A stretch of 64,000 nucleotides of DNA, from positions 160,001 through 224,000 of the forward strand of contig CAWJYV010000010.1 of assembly GCA_963847185.1 (NCBI GenBank), read 5' to 3'. Shown here piece after piece: positions 21,610-31,827 of the stretch (its first letter is position 1; every line of letters begins with the position of its first letter). The position numbers and the translations under genes were made by a program. The notes below the pieces were generated by a model. The model worked only from the letters and a program-made list of their open reading frames with translations, did not search any database and had not been told where the DNA came from. This DNA comes from an uncultured Methanosarcinaceae archaeon (GTDB lineage: Archaea; Halobacteriota; Methanosarcinia; Methanosarcinales; Methanosarcinaceae).

Positions 21610-22442
21610 ATCATTCGCTCCTGGATAAAATTGAGAAAAAACTGAAAATATTAGCCTCCAATGCTTTTATTACTTCATTTCTTCTGTCTAAATGTTATAA
21701 ACCTATTAATATTGATCCCTTTTTAATAAAGTATATGGCTTCAGAGTTCCTTTGGCCTGGTCAAGTACACTCTTTTTTCGAGACAGGATGCGGAATCATG
21801 CCGCAAGCTTCATCAGGAGATAATAGATTAAGGACTAAATTCACATAATACCGGGTTGGTCCAATTTATTTACAAATCTCGCTAGTAAAAAATTAAAAAT
21901 AAACAAAATCTCTAAAAAATTCATTTTTAAATTTTACATATAGAAGTATCAATTTATGTATTGAATCAACGTAAAAATCTAGATTCTAACCTGAATATGA
22001 ACAAAAATTGAATAGTTTAATTATCCTGAACAAAAACTTAATATATTTGGCATAAGAAAATAATAAAGTAGTTAAGTAAATATATTATCAAAGTCTTTAA
22101 AATTATGGTCTTGAAAGTAAGAGTTTTCAGATTAAAATATGTATAGGATATCTAGGCTACTAAAGCAAACAAAAAAAATAGAATAAAAACCATGAAATGT
22201 AATAAAGCTTCAAAAAAGCCTCTCTGAAAAACTCTGAAATTATCAAAAGGTATGAATATGTTTACTGGTATAAGAGGGATATAACTAGGAGAAAGTATAT
22301 CAGATATAAAAATGAGTTTATAGTAATATAACATTATTATATGTAATGTCTTATACTTGTTTCATCATAGCGAATAAATTTACAAACCTATATATAGGGT
22401 TATAACTGACATAGTTTACTACATCAGTAGAGGTGGTAATTA

Positions 22443-22775
22443 ATGGCATCCATCCGAACTAAAATTAAATCCAGATTAGAGAAGTTTCTTGAAGTAGATA
22501 CCAGTGGATATCGAAGAGCTATACTGTGTATTTTCATCAGAGTAAAGAAAGCAACTATTGATGAACTGCATGAGATGCTTTCAAATAAATACAGCGTATC
22601 AAGAAATACAGTTGCATCCATGGTAGGGTATATTCATTCAAAACTTGGGATTCTAAGAGCGCATAAAGAGTCGTATAAAACTCCCATGGTTTACTTCCTG
22701 AGGGAGGAATACATTGATCTGCTGATGAAAATCGTAAATTCCTCAACAAAGTCATCTGCTGAGTTTACAGCCTAA
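22443..22775 (+). CDS. DUF2551-like winged-helix protein
   Basis: GAGGTGG RBS; ATIDELHEML..VSRNTVASMVGYIHSKLGIL wHTH-like pattern. Confidence 0.75.
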   Translation: MASIRTKIKSRLEKFLEVDTSGYRRAILCIFIRVKKATIDELHEMLSNKYSVSRNTVASMVGYIHSKLGILRAHKESYKTPMVYFLREEYIDLLMKIVNSSTKSSAEFTA

Positions 22776-22810
22776 GCACATATAATACCAACCTTTATTC
22801 CTGATAGACA

Positions 22811-23212
22811 ATGTCACTTGTGAAAAACGCACCAAGAACAGCAACAACTATCGTTGTACGATCGGATGCCAACGCCCGTATAAGTCACTCACGGGATCCA
22901 TATTATGGACTTATGCGGCGCATTTTTCAGGAAGATGCCACTGCTGTTAGGGGTCAGAAATTTCTGACAATTATTGAAGAACGTCAGGCTGCAGGAAATG
23001 CGGTTCGGACGGATGAATGGCAGACCCTACTTGGTGAACTTCAGATAGGACGTGCCTCATTTTACGCGATGCGTAATAAGTTGCTTGGAGCCGGACTAAT
23101 TTCAATAAAAAATAAAGAATATAGGTTATCCGGTCAATTTTCAAAAGATCTTATCGATATGGCCCGCTGGTGGTGGACCGCTGTTCTTAACCAGCCTGAA
23201 GAAAGCTTGTAA
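22811..23212 (+). CDS. Conserved hypothetical protein, possible winged helix
   Basis: RASFYAMRNKLLGAGLISIKNKEYRLS resembles a recognition helix plus wing; 35 bp downstream of the previous gene. Confidence 0.7.
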   Translation: MSLVKNAPRTATTIVVRSDANARISHSRDPYYGLMRRIFQEDATAVRGQKFLTIIEERQAAGNAVRTDEWQTLLGELQIGRASFYAMRNKLLGAGLISIKNKEYRLSGQFSKDLIDMARWWWTAVLNQPEESL

Positions 23213-23376
23213 TAAAATTTATTTTCCTTTTCTATAAGCTAATAAAGAAATTAAGTTCTCTCCAGTAGTCCCGAATGTCTTAGTTCCGAAACCTGTTTTT
23301 TTACAAATGAAGGTATAAAAAAATATTGAAAATCATGGAGTCGTTTGTTATGACACAAAAACGACTCTATATTTAC

Positions 23377-23494
23377 TAAAACTTACACACTTGAGATTCA
23401 AAATCAAGATCATTGTACCTCACTACTAAATCTATGCTTTAGATAGTTGAAGGTTTAACGCCGTTGATTATTCAGCTCAACCGCGTAAGTCCTA
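23377..23494. mobile_element. 118-bp MITE with IS701-type ends
   Basis: Ends TAAAACTTACACACTTGAG / CTCAACCGCGTAAGTCCTA (14/19 inverted match); TTTAC direct repeats at 23372-76 and 23495-99. Confidence 0.6.
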
Positions 23495-23660
23495 TTTACT
23501 TCAGGACTTTACAACACTGAAATTTTTAGAACATATTACGATAAATGAAATCAGAATAGATAAAATGAAGGCTTTCCTCGTGGACTATTAAGGAAAAATT
23601 ATAAACTAATGAGAATCATTCGGAACTACAATAAATTGGAACTACTGTGTTAAGAGTAAA

Positions 23661-23707
23661 ATATTTATACTCTCGTCACAATTGTGATTTACCTTCACAA
23701 TTGTGAA
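23661..23707 (+). promoter_or_regulatory. TATA box followed by two perfect palindromic operators
   Basis: ATATTTATAC, then TCACAATTGTGA at 23676-87 and again at 23695-706, upstream of the metY remnant and metX. Confidence 0.65.
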
Positions 23708-23909
23708 ACATATGGGTTTAGCATAGAATACCGAGTGCAACATACGGCAGAGTGGCTGTGCTTCCGGCTGCAACATGGAATTATGTAAGCCCGATCTCAC
23801 TTCTGACTTGAAAATGGAAATTTCCCGTGACAAAGTAAAATACTCTGGAAATTCTCTGATTTAGATATACAAGAGAAGAAAAGAGAATAGAGTTTGGAGG
23901 TAAGAGGAG

Positions 23910-24098
23910 ATGACAGACGAAAACAGAAACTCGAGCGAAAGGGAAAGTAAGGAAAACAGGGAAATCACCCATGAACAGTTGTCAAAGAAAGAACATCATA
24001 CTTGTGGGGTGGAAGAGGATTTCTCCAGGATATTTATAGGAGTTGAGGCTGCAAAAGACCTGATTTTTGATATTGGTCAGGTACTTTCTGAGGTTTGA
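23910..24098 (+). pseudogene. metY: O-acetylhomoserine sulfhydrylase remnant (large in-frame internal deletion)
   Basis: A short N-terminus is fused to THEQLS..GVEEDFSRIFIGVE..DLIFDIGQVL, the C-terminal signature of OAH sulfhydrylases; directly upstream of metX. Confidence 0.75.
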
Positions 24099-24100
24099 GC

Positions 24101-25615
24101 ATGAAAGTTTCGGTCAATACTCCTTCCTTCAAAAACTTTTTTTCGGAGAAAAAAGGCCAGAATATAGGGATAGTTCACACAATGCATTATAACATCCCGG
24201 AGATCTTTACCCTCGAAAGTGGGAAAACTCTTTTCCATGTAAGGATAGAATATGAGATGTACGGGAAAATGAATGCAGATAAGAGCAACGTTATCCTGAT
24301 CTGCCATGCTCTTACAGGCGATGCCCACGCTGCAGGGTTTCATGCAGGAGATAAAAAACCCGGATGGTGGGATATTGTAATCGGACCAAATAAGGCCTTT
24401 GATACGGAAAAATACTGTGTTATCTGTTCAAATATAATCGGTGGCTGTAAAGGTTCAACAGGCCCCTCTTCTATAAATCCAGAAACAGGAAAACAATATG
24501 GAGTCTCATTCCCCGTAATTACTATTGCAGACATGGTAAATGCCCAGAAAAAATTGGTTGAACACCTTGGAATAAAACAGCTATTTGCAGTTGCAGGTGG
24601 CTCAATGGGCGGAATGCAGGTTATTCAATGGACAGTCAGCTACCCTGATATGGTAAAGAAGGCAATTGCAATAGCCACCACTGCATCCACAACCCCGCAG
24701 CAGATAGCATTCGGGGCAATTGGAAGGAAAGCAATAACAGATGATCCCAATTGGAATAAAGGAAACTATTACGGAAAAGCAATTCCTGCACAGGGCCTGG
24801 CTCTTGCCCGAATGATCGGCCATATTACATACCTTAGTGACGCTTCAATGCAAAAGAAATTTGGAAGAGTTCTGAAGGATGAAGCAGATCCGGATCTTTC
24901 TCCGAATTTTCAGGTCGAAAGTTACCTGAATTACCAGGGAGATACCTTTACAAAGCGTTTTGATGCCAATTCATACCTCTATATTACAAAAGCCGTAGAT
25001 TTCTTTGACCTTTCAAAGAACGGATCTCTGATAGAGGGTTTTTCAGAGGTTACTGCAAAATATTTAGTGATTTCCGTAAGCTCAGACTGGCTTTATCCTC
25101 CCTATCAATCTCAGGAAATCGTATCCGCTCTTATCGCAAACGGAGTTGATGCCAAATATGAGGAAATAAGGTCTCAATACGGGCATGATGCCTTTTTACT
25201 TGAAGAAGGGCAACTCAACTATCTCATTAGAGGCTTTCTCTCGCAGATTCTTGTAAGTGACGTAATGAATCAGAGTTTCTATTCTGTCTCGAGAGATGAA
25301 ACAATAGAGAATGCCTCGATACTCATGGTGAAAAAGAAAGTAAACCATCTGCCTGTCGTATCAGAGGACGGAAAACTTGAAGGCATTGTCACATCCTGGG
25401 ATATTACAAAAGCAGTCGCCTGTAAAATCACCGGCCTTGATGAGATAATCACCCGCGATGTAAAATATGTATATGCAGGTGAAAGAATAGAAACCGCGTC
25501 CTCAATAATGGAAGATTACTCAATTTCAGCACTTCCGGTCATTGACTCAGAAAACTGCATTATAGGTATGGTTACAAGCGAGAGCATAAGTGCTCTAATC
25601 GGGAGATTCAGTTAA
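24101..25615 (+). CDS. metX: Homoserine O-acetyltransferase with C-terminal CBS pair
   Basis: [24 protein letters not shown] and YGHDAFLLE; two CBS domains ([30 protein letters not shown]). Confidence 0.95.
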   Translation: MKVSVNTPSFKNFFSEKKGQNIGIVHTMHYNIPEIFTLESGKTLFHVRIEYEMYGKMNADKSNVILICHALTGDAHAAGFHAGDKKPGWWDIVIGPNKAFDTEKYCVICSNIIGGCKGSTGPSSINPETGKQYGVSFPVITIADMVNAQKKLVEHLGIKQLFAVAGGSMGGMQVIQWTVSYPDMVKKAIAIATTASTTPQQIAFGAIGRKAITDDPNWNKGNYYGKAIPAQGLALARMIGHITYLSDASMQKKFGRVLKDEADPDLSPNFQVESYLNYQGDTFTKRFDANSYLYITKAVDFFDLSKNGSLIEGFSEVTAKYLVISVSSDWLYPPYQSQEIVSALIANGVDAKYEEIRSQYGHDAFLLEEGQLNYLIRGFLSQILVSDVMNQSFYSVSRDETIENASILMVKKKVNHLPVVSEDGKLEGIVTSWDITKAVACKITGLDEIITRDVKYVYAGERIETASSIMEDYSISALPVIDSENCIIGMVTSESISALIGRFS

Positions 25616-25879
25616 TTTAAGAGAAGGATCAAATATTAGAATAGTTTTTGTCCACGTAGATTATATACGATACTCTACTAAGAAGAAAACAAAAGCATCA
25701 GAGCCAATTAAAATAGAAAATAGATCTTATCGGAGATTTATCGGATATTTCATTTAAAAAAATCCAAAACCTCATATCTAAACTGAAAATTAGATTTTAG
25801 TCTTTTTAAATCCAAAGTACATAAAATAAATTAAAAATATATAAACTGAGTACGAGATGAGTTAAAGAATAAAATGAGT

Positions 25880-26005
25880 ATGAAGCTTGAGAAGAAGAGC
25901 CTGAAGGCATTGAATACGATCTCATCCCATGCAATCTCTCCAAATTTATACTCCATCAAGCATATCTCGAAGGAGAACCAATGCCTTCAGGCAAATTTGT
26001 GTGTC
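25880..26005 (-). ncRNA. Candidate small RNA (14-bp perfect stem, 66-nt loop)
   Basis: GCCTGAAGGCATTG (25899-912) / CAATGCCTTCAGGC (25979-992); minus-strand TATA (TTATATAT) at ~26030-37; no long ORF. Confidence 0.35.
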
Positions 26006-26181
26006 TGATCTCTGTTTATCCACGGCTCAATATATAATAGCACAAAATTATATTTTAAATTAATTATATAAATAATTTGTTTTAAGCAAAAATTTTCTTG
26101 GTTTAAAAAAAATCAAATCAACGATATTTTTTAATCAAAGGTTTCAATTCAATTTTACAGGTTTTTATTCATCCTGTGTTT

Positions 26182-26544
26182 TTACAAACATTGCCTTGGG
26201 TTTTCTGCTCCTCTCTTAAGAATTTGCATCCAATCAGGAGATTGCATACCAGCATACTCATATCCTAATAGAAGTATCTCGCTAACTTCTTTGCCTTCAA
26301 CTGGCATCGATCCGGTTACCTCATATGTTGGAAATGGGACAGGAAGAACTCCTTTTACAGTCTCATCACTTTCTAATTTAGTAAGTCTACTTAGGTTATC
26401 TGTAAAAAGATCTTTTTCTGAATTACTAGCAGTCACGATAGGTATTGTACGAATTGAGTGATATATACACGATTCAATTACAGCAAATCCGAGTACGAGC
26501 TCTTTCCATATCATAGGTTTGTTCTGATCAATCATTTCTGTCAT
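26182..26544 (-). CDS. Hypothetical protein
   Basis: 120-aa ORF with GGGGGA RBS, co-oriented downstream of the Clp-fold protease gene. Confidence 0.5.
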   Translation of the reverse strand: MTEMIDQNKPMIWKELVLGFAVIESCIYHSIRTIPIVTASNSEKDLFTDNLSRLTKLESDETVKGVLPVPFPTYEVTGSMPVEGKEVSEILLLGYEYAGMQSPDWMQILKRGAENPRQCL

Positions 26545-26629
26545 TAGTTATCCCCCAAAAGTTGAACACTTAATTAAAGGAATAAAGATCCCATAATGCG
26601 ATAAATCTTATTTATTTTCAAGTAAAATT

Positions 26630-27478
26630 TCATTCTACATATTCTATACTCTTTTTTACAGGCCTGAAGAGTTTCATGAAATCGTGCACGTCTTCAGGAA
26701 AATCAGTGTTTACCGGAAGACCTATATTTTTTGCTTCACTTGCAGAAAGGGGAGTGCTGTGGATCATTTCACCACTGACCAGTTTTTCGACAACTTTATC
26801 AAGCCTGTCTTCTCCATCAACCCCTGGCTGTATTTTACCTTCAAGAAGCTCTTTTGCAACCTGTCGGGTGAGTTTGAGGGCTTTTCTGGAGACGTCGCTC
26901 ATGACAAGGGTGGCGTCATCTGCTTTTTCTTTCTTTGTTTCTGCGGCATAGATCCAGGAAGGAGCAGGAAAAGTCCCGCGCAGAAAATCCCCGATCTGAG
27001 GATCGATAGGCCCGATGACAGCATCTTTATCCATTACGATTTCGCTTGCAGCAAGAGCAATAACCGTGCCTCCTGACATTGAATAATGAGGGATAATGAC
27101 CCTTGTATTTTTAGGGTGCTTCCTGAGGGCGCGGGCAATCTGGATGCTGGCATGAAGCTGCCCACCTGGGGTGTGCAGAATAAGTTCAAGCGGATAATCT
27201 CTGTACTGCCTTATCCAGCGCAAAATCTGTTCGGCATCCTCTTCGTCTATGAACTGGTAAACAGGCATCCCGAAAAGAGAAACTGCTTCTCGTCTGTGGA
27301 TCATAGTTAGCACTTTGCATCCATGGTTTTTTTCCATAATTTTCAGTTTTGCTATACGCTGAATCCTGATTCTTTTGAGCTGCGACTGCGGATAGACTAT
27401 TGCATACAGGAAGAAAAATAAGAATAAGAGCGACATCAAATCCCAGAGACTGATTGTTGAAGTGTCAACGTTAACCAA
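26630..27478 (-). CDS. SDH-family Clp-fold serine protease (ClpP/crotonase-like), membrane anchored
   Basis: LILHTPGG, PHYSMSGGTVIALAA and GPIDPQ; N-terminal TM helix. Confidence 0.88.
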   Translation of the reverse strand: MVNVDTSTISLWDLMSLLFLFFFLYAIVYPQSQLKRIRIQRIAKLKIMEKNHGCKVLTMIHRREAVSLFGMPVYQFIDEEDAEQILRWIRQYRDYPLELILHTPGGQLHASIQIARALRKHPKNTRVIIPHYSMSGGTVIALAASEIVMDKDAVIGPIDPQIGDFLRGTFPAPSWIYAAETKKEKADDATLVMSDVSRKALKLTRQVAKELLEGKIQPGVDGEDRLDKVVEKLVSGEMIHSTPLSASEAKNIGLPVNTDFPEDVHDFMKLFRPVKKSIEYVE

Positions 27479-27623
27479 AAAATTCCCCCGAAAACTTCCC
27501 TCAGGTACTGCCGGAGATTATCATAAGATGCAATAAAACCCCAGACTTAACCCCATGCCAAATTTACTCCCATGATATAATAGTCCTCAGGTTTAAATAA
27601 AGATATAGAAATCCTGTATAGTT

Positions 27624-27941
27624 TCATGGAGAAATAAGCTTGAGTCCGATTACCCCTGAGAGAATGAGAGTTATGCAAATAAGTCTACCTAAATCCGCGG
27701 ACTCACTAAAGAGCAGGATGCCCAGGATCGTGGTACCTACAATCCCGATTCCGGTCCAGACTGCATAGCCGGTTCCTATTGGCAGAGTTTTCACGGCCTG
27801 AGACAGGAAATAGAAACTCAGGAGCATGCAAATTATCGTAAAAATACTGGGATAAAGCCTCGTGAAACCTTCCGTATATTTCAGTCCGATTGCCCAAGCT
27901 ACTTCAAAAATGCCAGCAATAAAAAGAAAGGTCCATTCCAT
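27624..27941 (-). CDS. sugE: SMR family efflux protein (SugE/Gdx type)
   Basis: [20 protein letters not shown] and [14 protein letters not shown]. Confidence 0.88.
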   Translation of the reverse strand: MEWTFLFIAGIFEVAWAIGLKYTEGFTRLYPSIFTIICMLLSFYFLSQAVKTLPIGTGYAVWTGIGIVGTTILGILLFSESADLGRLICITLILSGVIGLKLISP

Positions 27942-28191
27942 GATGTTCTACAACCTGCGTATTGTTTTACAACCTTGCCTATGTGCATATTATAGGGTTA
28001 CAGTGAAGATAACAATTGAGAGGTATTAGAAGCCTTTCTCCTTATACCTTGCCTGAAGAGCGTCTTGAAGAATCTGTCAAATTCTCACATGTAAATTCTC
28101 GAGTTTAAGATCATGCTCAAATATTGTGAGAAGTAAATAATAAGACCTTTAACCTATGTAGGAGAATATTCTATAAGGAGAATGTTCCAAT

Positions 28192-29280
28192 ATGGCAGCC
28201 CCGAAGTACCTGAAACGATATATCAAGGTGCAGAGAGATGAAATGCCTGCCCTCTTTAAGATAACAGAGAGAATTCCGGTCAGCTTCGATCCAAGTATGA
28301 CGCTTGAAGAACTCAGGAAAATTCACGAAAAGGGCATGGATGAATACAGAATACTCCATGAAAAACTTGAACTCGAAGCTATGGAAGCTCTTGCCTATAA
28401 AGATGCAGATGACAGACTGGTATTGTTTACTGAAACCTTCCTGAAAATTCCGAAATCCAGTCCATCCCTTATGGATCTTAAAGTTGCAATCACAGACAGG
28501 ATGATTGAGGAGTGTAACTGCTGCGGGTGGCGCTGCGGTGTCAACAGAAAGGCGGGTGAGAAGGGTTTTTGCAGGCTCACTGATTCTTCAAATTACGCTT
28601 CCGAGTTTCTGCACATGGGAGAGGAACCAGAACTTGTGCCTTCCCACACCATCTTTTTTACAGGCTGTACCTTTGCCTGCGTTTACTGCCAGAACTGGGA
28701 GCTCTCAACCGCACCCGAGACAGGAACCAGAATAGAGCCGAGAAAACTTGCAAAGCTGATTGACCTCAGAAGAATGCATGGAGCCAAAAACGTAAATTTC
28801 GTAACCCCTACCCCTCATGCGCATACTGTCCTGAAAATAGTCAGGGAAATTCATGTAAACACGCCTGTGATCTGGAACTCAAATATGTACTACTCCCCTG
28901 AGATTGGCGAGATTCTGGAGGGTGTAGTGGACGTCTACCTTGGAGACTTCAAATACGGAAACGATGAATGCGCCCGGAAATTTGCAAAAATTAAAAATTA
29001 TCTTGAAGTCGTGCAGCCCAACTTCGAATTCGCCTACAAAACCGCAGAAGTTGTCCTTCGCCACCTTGTCCTCCCTGGCCACATCGAGTGCTGCACAAGA
29101 CCGATCGCTGAATGGACTGCAAAACATATCCCGCAAATCAGGTTCAATCTCATGTTCCAGTACAGTCCGCGCTACAGGGCAGCAGAGTATCCGGAAATTG
29201 ACCGCTATCTGACAACAGAAGAAGAAGCTGCAGCAATATATATTGTAACAGAGGCAGGAATTGAAGATTTACTGACCTGA
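28192..29280 (+). CDS. Radical SAM protein (PflX-like)
   Basis: CTFACVYCQNW CxxxCxxC motif; CNCCGWRCGVNR; HMGEE; RHLVLPGH. Confidence 0.9.
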   Translation: MAAPKYLKRYIKVQRDEMPALFKITERIPVSFDPSMTLEELRKIHEKGMDEYRILHEKLELEAMEALAYKDADDRLVLFTETFLKIPKSSPSLMDLKVAITDRMIEECNCCGWRCGVNRKAGEKGFCRLTDSSNYASEFLHMGEEPELVPSHTIFFTGCTFACVYCQNWELSTAPETGTRIEPRKLAKLIDLRRMHGAKNVNFVTPTPHAHTVLKIVREIHVNTPVIWNSNMYYSPEIGEILEGVVDVYLGDFKYGNDECARKFAKIKNYLEVVQPNFEFAYKTAEVVLRHLVLPGHIECCTRPIAEWTAKHIPQIRFNLMFQYSPRYRAAEYPEIDRYLTTEEEAAAIYIVTEAGIEDLLT

Positions 29281-29357
29281 TAATGCTAGAACCCGACAGC
29301 ATTTTTAATTTAATCTAACCATTTAGACTTGGTTCCGCAAGCGTATTTTTCAATCTT

Positions 29358-30496
29358 CGAGCTTACGCATTTGCCTGCCTTGCAGGCAACTTTTTAATTT
29401 TCTCAAGTTTTAATCCAAAGTATATATTGGGTTTCTTATAAATTGATTAACAGCATTTCTTGTAATGTTCCACTTTGTTTCAAACCATGTAATCCCTGTT
29501 TTTATTCTTTGGATCTCAAATCTTAGAAATGCTCTTATCGCCATCATAATGTGTGCTCTTTGCACATTGTTTCTTCTTGCCTGACAGCGTTCTACTCCAC
29601 AAAACTGTTTTATTCCTCTATGATACTCTTCTATTTTCCAGGCTTTTTTCCCCAACTCTTTCCTTTTTTCTTCCTTCATATCCAGTACATCTGTAGCCCA
29701 GTATTGCGTGTCTTCTTCTTTGGAAACTATCCGAAATACCTTAATAAAGCCGTATTCTTTCAGATGAACCGTCATTCCTTCTGATGGAATAGTTAACAAT
29801 TCAATTGCTACATTACCAGTCTTATTAGGGTTAACTAACCTGTTTTTCTTCAACCTTGTTAACCAGTGCCATCCTTTTTTCCTGATTTCTTTGAGATTCT
29901 TTATGCTTGAATACCATGTATCAAACAGAACAAATTCGGGTATAAAACAGCGTTCTTCTGCCTTATTTAGCATATCAAGGAAGTGATCATTTTTTGTTTT
30001 TCCATCAGTGTCTATATCGTAAATTCTAAAGTCAACAGGGATTATAGCATCATTATATGTCCAGACAACGGTTTCAAGATTAATCCCATTTACAATCTGA
30101 TGATGTTTACCACTCCATTGCCTGTAGACAAGATCAATGTGTTTGGAATAAGGTTTATCAAGAACGGTATCATCGATAATAAGAAATCCAGTGTCAGGAA
30201 TGACAAAATCATTGACTTCTTCCCATAAAGCCTCCGTGTCCGGAGGCTGCCTTAGAAGAAGACGAGAAAAAGAGTCATGGGCTGGACTAGTAGAGTCTAT
30301 AAAACTGCACTTAGAAGCTTCAGTACAGCTGAAGACTCGAGAAGAAGCAATGAGAAAGTTGATGTAATCAAGTTCAGTGCATTTAGCCGGATTTATTCAT
30401 TCAACTCAAAGATTTCTTTTGATTATACTACATATATTATATTGAAAGAAGTATTTTAATATGATTTACAAAAGTGCTTCAACCGCGTAAGCTTCG
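29358..30496 (-). mobile_element. IS701-family insertion sequence
   Basis: Inverted ends AGCTTACGCATTTG / CAACCGCGTAAGCT; transposase inside; target duplication not resolved. Confidence 0.8.
29410..30396 (-). CDS. IS701-family DDE transposase, 328-codon frame starting at ATA
   Basis: Frame open from ATA 30396 (INPAKCTELDYINFL..IIDDTVLDKPY..WSGKHH) through FDTWY and WKIEEYHRGIKQ; the first ATG is at 29973. Confidence 0.75.
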   Translation of the reverse strand: MNPAKCTELDYINFLIASSRVFSCTEASKCSFIDSTSPAHDSFSRLLLRQPPDTEALWEEVNDFVIPDTGFLIIDDTVLDKPYSKHIDLVYRQWSGKHHQIVNGINLETVVWTYNDAIIPVDFRIYDIDTDGKTKNDHFLDMLNKAEERCFIPEFVLFDTWYSSIKNLKEIRKKGWHWLTRLKKNRLVNPNKTGNVAIELLTIPSEGMTVHLKEYGFIKVFRIVSKEEDTQYWATDVLDMKEEKRKELGKKAWKIEEYHRGIKQFCGVERCQARRNNVQRAHIMMAIRAFLRFEIQRIKTGITWFETKWNITRNAVNQFIRNPIYTLD

Positions 30497-30510
30497 TATT
30501 AATTTTCACT

Positions 30511-30555
30511 TTTCTTAACCCCATGCTCTCACCGGGTGCGAAGCAGCCGGCTTTT
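30511..30555 (-). repeat. REP-like hairpin element family B, copy 2
   Basis: Reverse strand GCCGGCTGCTTCGCACCCGGTGAGAGCA; matches 3965-4010. Confidence 0.55.
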
Positions 30556-30976
30556 ATATGAAATCATAGAGGAAATGTAAAGAAAAGAGACGTGTGATTT
30601 TTGATTTTAAATGATTTCTTCAGTGCATTTCCTGCTTTCCCATACTTACCACACTCTACACCGGATTGAAGGTTCTTTTATCAACGAAACGCTTTGCTTC
30701 CTTCCCTTCAATCCGGCAGCAGAACAGCAACATAGAATCACTTCACGAAAGGAAAGTTTTTATTTGCTTGGTTATTTCTCTCTTTTTTCTCTTTTTAGGA
30801 ATGACCGCTCTCCTTCGTCGAGCGTGACGAAAACGACGCAGTATGGCGAATATGGGTGTAAGGGTCAAAATTCAGGAGTGTGAATCAGACTTGTTTTTTT
30901 CAAAAATATCAACCATGTAAAGGTGATGACCAATCTGTCAGAAAATAAATAAATGAGAATGATATAACTAAACTCA

Positions 30977-31513
30977 ATGACTCTTACAATCCGCCCCGAA
31001 ACTCCTTCTGACTATCCTGCAATAACCGAAGTAAACGACCTTGCCTTCGGACAGCCTGCTGAAGGAAAACTTGTAGAAGACCTCCGGAAAAATCCTAAAT
31101 TTGTCACGGAGCTTTCTTTTGTGGCTGAAACCAATGAAGAAATTGTTGGCCATATTCTCTTTTTCCCTATAGTAATCAGATCAGTGGCAGGAAAGGAAAA
31201 GGAGACTATTTCTCTTGCCCCACTTGCAGTTCGGCCTGAGTTCCAAAAACAGGGCATTGGAGGTAAACTCATAAGAAAAGGGCTTAAAGCTTGCCGGCAA
31301 TTGGGATATGATTCCGTGATAGTCTTTGGGCATCCTGAGTATTATCCAAAATTCGGGTTTAGACCAGCTGGCACATGGAACATAAAAGATACCTTTGGAG
31401 CGCCTGCCGAAGCATTCATGGCACTGGAATTAAAGGAAGGCGGACTTGAAGGTGCCAGTGGAATAGTGGAATTACCTGAAGAATTCAAGGTACCTGAAGA
31501 GCACAATTATTAA
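30977..31513 (+). CDS. GNAT family N-acetyltransferase (YhbS-like)
   Basis: LAPLAVRPEFQKQGIGGKLI and GHPEYYPKFGF. Confidence 0.9.
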   Translation: MTLTIRPETPSDYPAITEVNDLAFGQPAEGKLVEDLRKNPKFVTELSFVAETNEEIVGHILFFPIVIRSVAGKEKETISLAPLAVRPEFQKQGIGGKLIRKGLKACRQLGYDSVIVFGHPEYYPKFGFRPAGTWNIKDTFGAPAEAFMALELKEGGLEGASGIVELPEEFKVPEEHNY

Positions 31514-31827
31514 GATGAGATGGCTTGAGAGATAGGCTATAATAATTTTTGAAAGGCTATAATAATTTTTGAATATTTGCGATATAAACAGCTGTTTATT
31601 TCTAAGAAACTCTTTAAATTATATTTATCTCATTTGGTTAAAGATTTGATACTACTCAATCTTTTAATCATTATTTTGATTTTTGAACAAAGTTTACGGA
31701 GTCGCTTGTGGAAATGTTTGAGTATAGTGTAAAAATGTGCCGAAGTTATTGAGCTGTGGGTACTAAGATGACTGATTAATTACTTATGGCTTGTCTGTTT
31801 CAAAATAAGCTTCAAAACGACTCCATT

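Noticed and set aside
27942-28120. Guanidine riboswitch upstream of sugE
   Set aside because: No ykkC or paired ACGR-hairpin signatures recognised; only a short AGGTTGTA.AACA direct repeat.
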